A DNA stretch of 37,138 nt from Candidatus Saliniplasma halalkaliphilum (GTDB lineage: Archaea > Thermoplasmatota > Thermoplasmata > Halarchaeoplasmatales > Halarchaeoplasmataceae). The notes beneath the pieces were generated by a model, which was given only the letters and a program-made list of their open reading frames with translations, made no database searches and was not told where the DNA came from. Shown one piece after another: positions 30,872 through 37,138 of this stretch (position 1 is the first letter of the stretch; each line of letters opens with the position of its first letter). The position numbers were made by a program, and so were the translations under genes. The stretch lies in assembly GCA_019594235.1 (NCBI GenBank), contig JAFDTG010000002.1, positions 1-37,138 on the forward strand. Direction: 5' to 3'.

Positions 30872-32575
30872 TTGAAAAAAGAAATATTTCACGAACACGA
30901 AATTTTGGTAGTTGGCGGGGGATTATCTGGTTTGAGGGCTTCTATCGAAGCTTTGAGAAGCGGTAAGGATGTAGCCGTTATATCAAAAGTTCATCCGTTA
31001 CGTTCTCACAGTGTTGCTGCTCAAGGGGGTATCAATGCAGCTTTAGGAAACACTCCAGGTAGAGGCGAAGATCACTGGGAAGACCATGCCTTCGATACTG
31101 TGAAAGGATCAGCTTATCTCGCGGATCAGGATGCAGTGGATATCCTTTGTAAAAAAGCTCCAGAAGCGGTTATTGAACTTGAGCATATGGGAACGGTTTT
31201 CTCACGGTTTGAGAACGGTAAGATCGCCCAAAGACCATTCGGTGGAGCAGGCTTTCCCAGGACATGTTACGCCGCCGATAGGACCGGTCATAATTTACTA
31301 CATACACTGTATGAACAGTCTATTTCTGGTAAGATGAAATTCTATGACGAGTATTTTGTTACATCTCTGATCAAAGAAAATGGAACATGTGTAGGTTGTA
31401 TCGCATTGGATCTAAGGGAAGGTACACTGCATGCCTTCTCTGGGACTGTTATACTGGCAACTGGAGGCTTTGGAAGGATATACAACCGTTCTACCAATGC
31501 ATTGATAAATACAGGAGACGGGGCATTTCTAGCTTATGAAATAGGTGCGGGATTGGAGGATATGGAATTCATCCAGTTTCATCCCACCACTCTTTACGGT
31601 TCCAACATATTGATCACAGAAGGTGCTAGAGGTGAGGGAGGTTATCTTAAGAACAGTGAAGGTGAGAGGTTCATGAAAGATTACGCCCCCGATGCCATGG
31701 AACTAGCACCCAGGGATATAGTAGCTAGAGCGATAATGACCGAAGTGAACGAAGGGAGAGGTATCGACGATGAATACGTACATCTGGATTTGACTCACTT
31801 AGGTGAAGAAAAGATAAAAGAGCGGTTACCGGGTATCAGACAGATCGCCATGGATTTTGCCGGTGTTGATCCCATAAAAGAACCTATACCGGTTCAGCCC
31901 GGACAGCATTATTCCATGGGAGGTATTTTGGTCGATAACGGTTGTGAAACCGATGTACCAGGACTCTATGCCACCGGCGAGTGCTCATGTGTTAGCGTTC
32001 ACGGTGCCAATCGATTGGGAGGGAACTCACTTCTAGAAACAGTCGTTTTCGGTAAGATCGCCGGTAAAATGGCTTCAGAAGAAGTGAACGGTAAAGAACT
32101 CAATGAATCCCTCTTTATAGATGCCATCGAAAAAGATAGCAAATTGATAGATTCTATCGTTGGGAAAAAAGAGGGTATCCTCTACAGCGAGATATTGAAA
32201 GATCTGAGGGAAACCATGTTCCAGCACTTCGGAGTGTTCAGAGAGGGTGAGACGATGGAAGAGGGACTTGATAAGATCAGGCGGTTAAAAGAAAAATTTG
32301 AAGATGTGTACGTTGAATCCGATGATAAAAAGTTCAACCAGGCCTTGATCAGAACTTTAGAGTTAAGGAACATGCTTCTTATCGCTGAAGCTGTAGCTAT
32401 GGGGGCTGTCAGAAGGGAAGAGAGCAGAGGTTCACATTACAGGACCGACTTCACCGAACGAAGAGATGAACAATATCTGAAACACACAGTTGTTAGAAAG
32501 GGTGTTGAAGGACCAGAATTGGAGTATTCTCCCGTAAATCTAGATAGATTTGACGTCAAGGAGCGTGAGTACTGA
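30872..32575 (+). CDS. sdhA: Succinate dehydrogenase / fumarate reductase flavoprotein subunit
   Basis: VVGGGLSGLRAS binds the FAD dinucleotide. RSHSVAAQGG contains the His used for covalent FAD in SdhA/FrdA. Also present: HPTT, APRD, HYSMGG and RGSHYR. The TTG at 30872 follows GGAGG with 7-nt spacing. The track start is a GTG at 30845. Confidence 0.9.
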   Translation: MKKEIFHEHEILVVGGGLSGLRASIEALRSGKDVAVISKVHPLRSHSVAAQGGINAALGNTPGRGEDHWEDHAFDTVKGSAYLADQDAVDILCKKAPEAVIELEHMGTVFSRFENGKIAQRPFGGAGFPRTCYAADRTGHNLLHTLYEQSISGKMKFYDEYFVTSLIKENGTCVGCIALDLREGTLHAFSGTVILATGGFGRIYNRSTNALINTGDGAFLAYEIGAGLEDMEFIQFHPTTLYGSNILITEGARGEGGYLKNSEGERFMKDYAPDAMELAPRDIVARAIMTEVNEGRGIDDEYVHLDLTHLGEEKIKERLPGIRQIAMDFAGVDPIKEPIPVQPGQHYSMGGILVDNGCETDVPGLYATGECSCVSVHGANRLGGNSLLETVVFGKIAGKMASEEVNGKELNESLFIDAIEKDSKLIDSIVGKKEGILYSEILKDLRETMFQHFGVFREGETMEEGLDKIRRLKEKFEDVYVESDDKKFNQALIRTLELRNMLLIAEAVAMGAVRREESRGSHYRTDFTERRDEQYLKHTVVRKGVEGPELEYSPVNLDRFDVKEREY

Positions 32576-33318
32576 TGAAACTCAAAGTATTCAGATATGA
32601 TGGTGATGAATCACATTACGACGAATTCGAAGTACCTCACAAGCCTGGACAGACCGTACTTGACGCCCTATTCTACATCCAAGAGAATTTGGATGATTCA
32701 CTCTCATTCCGTTATTCCTGCCGAGGAGCTGTGTGCGGTTCATGCGCCATGTTGATAAACAAAGTTCCACGTTTGGCCTGTAGAACACAGGTAAAAACTC
32801 TAGTAGAGGGTGAAGACAAGGTGAAGATAAAGCACTGTCCTGCACTTGATAAGGGTGATGAGATCGAAGACGGGGCCGTACTTGTAGAACCTCTACCTCA
32901 TCTCCCTGTTGAGAAAGATTTGATAGTGGATCAGGACAAATTCTTCGAATATTATCGGGAGATGGAACCGATGTTGAAGACTAAAAGTGAGGTTCCGGGA
33001 GAAGAGTATGAGATGGATCCCGAAGATGTTAGTGAGTTGGAGGATTATACAAACTGCATACTATGCGCAGCCTGTTTCGGGGCATGTCCGGTGGACGGTG
33101 AAAATGTAAATTACCGCGGACCAGCAGCACTTGCCAAATTGTACAGATTCCATATCGATCCCAGGGATAAAAGTGAACGGCTTAGTTTAGCCGACCATGA
33201 AGATGGATGGTGGGCTTGTGAGTTCCACACCAACTGTCAGAAGGTGTGCCCCAAAAACGTACCTCCGAATATAGCCATCGGGAAGGCAAGGTCAAAGCTC
33301 GAGAAGGAGGATGGATGA
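32575..33318 (+). CDS. sdhB: Succinate dehydrogenase / fumarate reductase iron-sulfur subunit
   Basis: SCRGAVCGSCAMLIN is the 2Fe-2S region. CILCAACFGACP and CEFHTNCQKVCPKNV are the 4Fe-4S and 3Fe-4S motifs. The TGATG junction overlaps sdhA by 1 nt. Confidence 0.9.
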   Translation: MKLKVFRYDGDESHYDEFEVPHKPGQTVLDALFYIQENLDDSLSFRYSCRGAVCGSCAMLINKVPRLACRTQVKTLVEGEDKVKIKHCPALDKGDEIEDGAVLVEPLPHLPVEKDLIVDQDKFFEYYREMEPMLKTKSEVPGEEYEMDPEDVSELEDYTNCILCAACFGACPVDGENVNYRGPAALAKLYRFHIDPRDKSERLSLADHEDGWWACEFHTNCQKVCPKNVPPNIAIGKARSKLEKEDG

Positions 33319-33319
33319 G

Positions 33320-34726
33320 ATGAGGAAAGAACTTGATTCGTTGGGAGAGAAAGAAGTTCCCGATGATGCTCTTTACGGTGTTCAAACTGTAAGGGCAGTG
33401 GAGAACTTCCCTGTAACGGGTCGAACCGCTTTTCCGGAGTTGATAGATTCTTACATTATTCTGAAAAAAGCCTGTGCGGAAGCTAATATGGAACTGGATA
33501 AACTGGACCCGAAAAAAGGTGAATACATCCTGGAAGCCTGTGAAAAATTGTATAGAAGTTCTTACGATGAATTCAAAGTCGATGTATTCCAGGCGGGAGC
33601 TGGTACATCTTTCAATATGAACGTTAACGAGGTCATAGCAAATAAAGCGTTGGAACTTGCCGGTAAAGAGAAAGGTGAGTATGATCACATACATCCCAAC
33701 GACCACGTAAACATGTCCCAGTCCAGCAACGATACTTATCCTACTGCATCACATCTCGCGATAATCGATATCTCTCAAGACCTCGTGGAAGACTTAAAAG
33801 GATTGAAAAAAGATTTTCAAGATAAGGGTAAGGAGTTCTCAGATATCGCTAAATCTGGTAGAACACATCTGATGGATGCCACTCCGGTGACATTAGGTGA
33901 TGAACTTTTAGGGTATGCTAGAACTATCGAGAGGTCCTTTAAGAATTTAGAAACTTCTTTGAAAGGACTGTATGAACTCCCTATAGGTGGTACGGCAACA
34001 GGTACCGGTGTTAACACACCTGAAGGATTCAGGGATAAGGTCGTTAAAAAATTGTCATCAGAATATGGCTTTGAATTTGTAAGCGCTGAGAACAGTTTCG
34101 AAATGTTACAGAGTCGGATGCCTATGGGTAATTTCATGGGGGCTTTGAAGAATTTAGCGCTTGAACTCATAAGGATTGCTAACGATCTAAGATTACTTTC
34201 CAGTGGACCGAAGACCGGGCTGTCGGAGATAAAACTTCCTGCGGTTCAACCGGGTTCTTCCATAATGCCGGGAAAAGTTAATCCAGTCATGGCTGAGTGT
34301 TTGAATATGATATCCTTCCAGATCGTTGGAAACTCTACTACCGTTGATATGGCTGTTCAAGCAGGTCAAATAGAGTTGAACGTGATGACACCGGTTATCA
34401 CCTACAACATAATGGAATCCGTATGGATGTTGAATAATTTCCTACCTATTTTTAGGGGGAGATGTGTTCAGGGGATATCTGCTAACAGATCTAAATGTAA
34501 GGAACATTTTGAATCTAGTGTGAGTTTAGCTACGCTATTGAGTCCTAAGATCGGATATATGAAAGCTGCAGAATTAGCTAAAGAATCCAATGAAAAAGAT
34601 ATTCCAGTACCTAAGTTGGCTGTTAAGAAAGGTATCGTTACGGAGCAAGAGGCGGAAGAACTCTTCTCGACTAAGAATGCTGCTAAAAGTAAGTATGATA
34701 CCAGTCGTGGTGAAGAACGGCTTTGA
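33320..34726 (+). CDS. Class II fumarase / aspartate ammonia-lyase family lyase; motif pattern closer to aspartase
   Basis: Family signature GSSIMPGKVNP. The aspartase-like blocks are YGVQTVRAVENFPVTG, VDVFQAGAGTSFNMNVNEV, KGEY..HPNDHVN, NDLRLLSSGP, VNPVMAE and LNVMTPVI. The fumarase-like blocks are SQSSND and GRTHLMDATP. The ATG at 33320 is 8 nt from AAGGAGGA and 2 nt after the sdhB stop. The track ATG at 33311 is an alternative. Confidence 0.85.
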   Translation: MRKELDSLGEKEVPDDALYGVQTVRAVENFPVTGRTAFPELIDSYIILKKACAEANMELDKLDPKKGEYILEACEKLYRSSYDEFKVDVFQAGAGTSFNMNVNEVIANKALELAGKEKGEYDHIHPNDHVNMSQSSNDTYPTASHLAIIDISQDLVEDLKGLKKDFQDKGKEFSDIAKSGRTHLMDATPVTLGDELLGYARTIERSFKNLETSLKGLYELPIGGTATGTGVNTPEGFRDKVVKKLSSEYGFEFVSAENSFEMLQSRMPMGNFMGALKNLALELIRIANDLRLLSSGPKTGLSEIKLPAVQPGSSIMPGKVNPVMAECLNMISFQIVGNSTTVDMAVQAGQIELNVMTPVITYNIMESVWMLNNFLPIFRGRCVQGISANRSKCKEHFESSVSLATLLSPKIGYMKAAELAKESNEKDIPVPKLAVKKGIVTEQEAEELFSTKNAAKSKYDTSRGEERL

Positions 34727-34750
34727 ATTTCTAAGATATTTTTCCGTAAT

Positions 34751-34778
34751 ACTGGAAACCCGGAGTTTTCAGTGTTTT
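34751..34778 (+). terminator. Hairpin plus short T-tract downstream of the lyase gene
   Basis: ACTGGAAAC (34751-34759), loop CCGGA, GTTTTCAGT (34765-34773). The stem is 9 bp including one G-U pair and is followed by gTTTTgg. It lies 25 nt after stop 34724-34726, and a T5 run sits at 34739-34743. Archaeal termination mainly uses oligo-T, so the role of the hairpin is uncertain. Confidence 0.4.
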
Positions 34779-35074
34779 GGTATTGTACCGCAAATGGTTC
34801 ACTTTATCGATATCTTACCTTCATATGTGGTATGGAAGTCGTGCTATCTACTTGCTGTCACCCAACCTATTTCAGGTCCTAGCCTATAGCTTCTATTTTT
34901 TTTGCACAGGTTCAATGATCTTGAAAAATTGTGTCAAAATCTTCACTAATTTGTTAATGATTTTGAAATAACTAGTTATATAGTTGGGTAAGTATTATGT
35001 ATACTATCTAACTAAAATATAGTGAGGTATGAATATGAAAAACCATCTGATAGTTAAGGGGAAAGGTAGATAAC

Positions 35075-35410
35075 ATGACTAACGATCTGACGTCAGCAAT
35101 AATTTACTTCCTGATAGCGCTGATTATCTCCACGATCATCATATATGTGGTGACGAAGGCGTTCGGAGAAAAAGAGGGCATAGGAACTGCGATAATAGCT
35201 GCTCTGACGGGCGCAGTAATATATGCCTTGGCAGCCTTTTTCTTGGGCGGCGGGATAATCGCGGCCGTATTAGCGGGTATAGTTTGGACGATCGCGATAG
35301 CAAGCCTTTACAATATGGGTTGGTTAAAGGCGATAATAACCGCGGTGATTGTCTGGATCGTGGCCATCGTGGTAGGAATGTTTCTTCCTACTCTTGGAGG
35401 GCCTTTTTAA
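35075..35410 (+). CDS. Small hydrophobic membrane protein (3-4 TM), function unknown
   Basis: 111 aa, almost entirely hydrophobic and Gly/Ala-rich helices. AAGGGGAAAGGTAG lies upstream of the ATG. Confidence 0.6.
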   Translation: MTNDLTSAIIYFLIALIISTIIIYVVTKAFGEKEGIGTAIIAALTGAVIYALAAFFLGGGIIAAVLAGIVWTIAIASLYNMGWLKAIITAVIVWIVAIVVGMFLPTLGGPF

Positions 35411-35434
35411 TCTCTAAAAAGGAGGTGAAATAGA

Positions 35435-35581
35435 ATGGCAATATCTATGGAATGGGGAAGAATATCGCTGCTATCTGTAATAGCATTTTTAGTTGGTTGG
35501 TGGATATTTGGACTCCTATGGGCGGTGGTCATTGCGATCATAGTGCTGATATTAACTGGAGCACTCACTTTAAGAAAGTAG
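35435..35581 (+). CDS. Unannotated 48-aa membrane micro-protein
   Basis: ATG at 35435 is preceded by AAGGAGGTGA with 7-nt spacing. It translates to MAISMEWGRISLLSVIAFLVGWWIFGLLWAVVIAIIVLILTGALTLRK, which forms 1-2 TM helices, with stop TAG at 35579-35581. It falls below the 60-aa track cutoff. The overlapping track ORF 35452-35673 is in another frame and looks spurious. Confidence 0.6.
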   Translation: MAISMEWGRISLLSVIAFLVGWWIFGLLWAVVIAIIVLILTGALTLRK

Positions 35582-35638
35582 AGAAGATACAAAGAGTTAC
35601 ACACGGAAAATACCTCATCCGAGATGTGAAACTATATA

Positions 35639-35806
35639 GTGAAAGTAGTTATAGATCAGCACACCTGTATTGACTGCTGCCATTCCTATGCGATCTGTCC
35701 GGAAGTATTCCAGGACGACGGAACCGGGATGGCAGAACTGGTCGATGAGTATGAGGGGAGAATAAGCTATCGTATATATTATAAAATGCTAGATATGAAT
35801 CAGTAA
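35639..35806 (+). CDS. Ferredoxin-like small ORF (single-cluster type), probably a truncated or degenerate remnant
   Basis: GTG at 35639 gives VKVVIDQHTCIDCCHSYAICPEVFQDDGTGMAELVDEYEG.... This resembles the IDxxxC..C......CPxVF...DG.A N-terminal half of small [3Fe/4Fe-4S] ferredoxins. The internal Cys spacing is atypical and there is no distal Cys. The AT-rich tail is RISYRIYYKMLDMNQ. Confidence 0.3.
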   Translation: MKVVIDQHTCIDCCHSYAICPEVFQDDGTGMAELVDEYEGRISYRIYYKMLDMNQ

Positions 35807-35843
35807 CTTATAAAAACATTTTTTCTGATAAGATCCCGATAAC

Positions 35844-36971
35844 ATGAAAGCGCTGATAAATGGAAGGGTCGACCCGATCACGAGTGAGGAGTTTGAGGGA
35901 AACATATTGATAGATGAAGGAAAAATAGTCGATTTTGGTCCCGATATTGAGATTCCAGACGAATCAGAAGTGATAGATGTAGAAGGTAAAACCATAGTTC
36001 CAGGTTTCATAGATGCCCATTGTCACGTGGGTATAAGTGAGGAAGGTGAAGGATGGGAGGGAGAGGATACCAACGAGGTATATGAACCGATAACACCCCA
36101 CCTCAGAGCCTTGGATGCGATAAACCCCAACGGGATCGCTTTGAAAGAAGCAGTCAAAGCTGGGGTCACCACCATAAATGTGGGACCAGGTTCTGCTAAT
36201 CCTATCGGTGGTACGTTCGTTGCTATAAAAACAGCAGGTTCTTCCATCGTAGATGAGCTAGTTATCAAGGAACCCACAGGACTAAAGATGGCTACTGGTG
36301 AGAATCCGAAAAGGGTGTATAAAGAACAGAAAAAGATACCATCTACACGTATGAGTACAGCGGCACTGATCAGAGAGAAGTTATTTGAGACCAAGGACTA
36401 TATGGAGAACGGTGAAGAAAAAGATTTCAAACTCGAAGCTTTAAAACCACTACTTGAAAGGGATTTACCTGGAAGGATACATGCCCATAGAGCCGATGAT
36501 ATGGTCTCTGCTATCAGGATATCTGAGGAGTTCGGTTTTGATCTGATACTTGAACATTGTACAGAGGGGCACAAGATAGCGGACTATATCGCTGAGAGAG
36601 ATATACCAGTTGTTTTCGGTCCTGGACTCGCTGCGAAATCTAAAAGGGAGAACAGAGAAAGAAGCTTTAAGACGCCTGGGATATTATCTAAGAAAGGGAT
36701 AAAGGTAGCATTGATGACAGATTCTCCCGTCATACCTATCAAGTACTTAGCCCTCATGGCGGCTTACTCTGTTAGGGAAGGTATGGATAAGGAGGAAGCG
36801 TTGAAAGCTATAACCATCAACGCGGCAGAGATCTGCGGTATCGATGATAGAGTAGGTTCCATCGAAAAGGGGAAGGATGCCGATCTGATAGTCGTAGATG
36901 GTGATCCTTTAGAACTGAAATCGACAATAGATATGGTCTTTATCGATGGTGAAGAGGTAGATACAGAATAA
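35844..36971 (+). CDS. Amidohydrolase superfamily metal-dependent hydrolase
   Basis: VPGFIDAHCHVGI is the HxH metal motif. A GKDADL..VDGDP C-terminal block is typical of the family. Confidence 0.8.
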   Translation: MKALINGRVDPITSEEFEGNILIDEGKIVDFGPDIEIPDESEVIDVEGKTIVPGFIDAHCHVGISEEGEGWEGEDTNEVYEPITPHLRALDAINPNGIALKEAVKAGVTTINVGPGSANPIGGTFVAIKTAGSSIVDELVIKEPTGLKMATGENPKRVYKEQKKIPSTRMSTAALIREKLFETKDYMENGEEKDFKLEALKPLLERDLPGRIHAHRADDMVSAIRISEEFGFDLILEHCTEGHKIADYIAERDIPVVFGPGLAAKSKRENRERSFKTPGILSKKGIKVALMTDSPVIPIKYLALMAAYSVREGMDKEEALKAITINAAEICGIDDRVGSIEKGKDADLIVVDGDPLELKSTIDMVFIDGEEVDTE

Positions 36972-36976
36972 TAGAG

Positions 36977-37138
36977 ATGATAGATACTACAGATATGGAA
37001 ACAGGAAGTTTAGCCGCTGATATGTTTGAAGATCAGAATGTGGTTGCAGTTACTCACTCTACCGGATTTAGAGAAGAGGGTGAACAGGAACTCGAAGAAA
37101 AAAACCGAAAAAAGATGGAAGAGAATGGAGTAGATATC
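36977..37138 (+). CDS. Hypothetical protein, N-terminal fragment (runs off the window); weak resemblance to small pyruvate-kinase-C-terminal-domain-like proteins
   Basis: MIDTTDMETGSLAADMFEDQNVVAVTHSTGFREEGEQELEEKNRKKMEENGVDI. The VVxVTHxxGF..(P/E)G motif is recalled from the archaeal PK_C-like family, but the N-terminus looks about 35 aa short of that family. Confidence 0.3.
   Translation, partial: MIDTTDMETGSLAADMFEDQNVVAVTHSTGFREEGEQELEEKNRKKMEENGVDI

Noticed and set aside
34751-34773. ACTGGAAAC ... GTTTTCAGT resembles the CCAGTGGAAAC core of archaeal origin recognition boxes (ORB/mini-ORB) in inverted orientation, inside the longest AT-rich gap.
   Set aside because: The match is imperfect and there is a single pair. 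No orc1/cdc6 gene is in the window. The two arms are only 5 nt apart, so they are better explained as a transcript hairpin after the lyase gene.
35029-35073. A possible 12-14 codon upstream ORF (MNMKNHLIVKGKGR) ending 1 nt before the ATG of the 111-aa membrane protein.
   Set aside because: The GAGGT is directly adjacent to the first ATG. The same purine-rich stretch is more simply the Shine-Dalgarno site of the downstream gene. There is no evidence for a leader-peptide mechanism.
1-37138. The acidic surface proteins and D/E tails suggested a salt-in halophile. The low GC plus large surface proteins suggested specific lineages.
   Set aside because: Cytoplasmic enzymes here (Pelota, CoaBC, SdhA) are Lys/Glu-rich rather than strongly acidic. 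Lineage cannot be assigned without marker-gene phylogeny. Only an 'archaeon' call is supported.

Overview
This is a densely packed archaeal chromosomal segment of 37.1 kb with about 45 genes and a low-to-moderate GC content by eye. I saw no rRNA, tRNA, CRISPR array, transposase or integrase.

The archaeal assignment rests on several features:
- Pelota.
- Pantoate kinase next to CoaBC, which is the archaeal CoA route.
- A DUF357-like protein.
- Two proteins with class-III (prepilin-like) signal peptides.
- AT-rich TATA-like boxes about 22-31 nt upstream of many first-in-operon start codons, while internal operon genes carry GGAGGTGA-type Shine-Dalgarno sites and 1-4 nt overlaps.

Gene content in order:
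- A phosphohexomutase 3' end, a Lys-tailed membrane protein and pelota.
- An operon of two giant paralogous surface proteins (1285 and 1347 aa, about 11 beta-sandwich repeats each).
- A COG2509 FAD dehydrogenase, a DUF2797-like Zn-ribbon protein and an HD (SAMHD1/COG1078-like) phosphohydrolase.
- An acidic Zn-ribbon membrane protein, a HerA-like ATPase and a DUF357-like protein.
- Pantoate kinase and CoaBC, two orphan pilin-like proteins and a GNAT.
- A DUF362/ferredoxin protein and an SDR-type epimerase/threonine-dehydrogenase-like protein.
- An accessory-looking block at 22.8-30.7 kb.
- SdhA/SdhB with no membrane anchor, coupled to an aspartase/fumarase-family lyase.
- Small membrane proteins, a ferredoxin remnant, an amidohydrolase and a partial ORF.

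The best candidate for an undescribed system is the 22.8-30.7 kb block:
- It contains two paralogous PadR plus split COG0701-type permease modules.
- One permease subunit carries an RnfB-type Cys4 Fe-S motif. The other module has a cupin and a PadR with a Cys/His N-terminal tag.
- These modules bracket a NapH-like polyferredoxin, a wHTH regulator coupled to a 4-TM protein, an LTxxQ (Spy/CpxP/ZraP-like) secreted protein, and an ABC-2 exporter coupled to a CARDB protein.
- An identical 20-nt direct-repeat element sits at identical spacing upstream of TATA-like boxes in front of both the LTxxQ gene and the ABC operon.

All functional calls come from motif recognition by eye. No database search was run.
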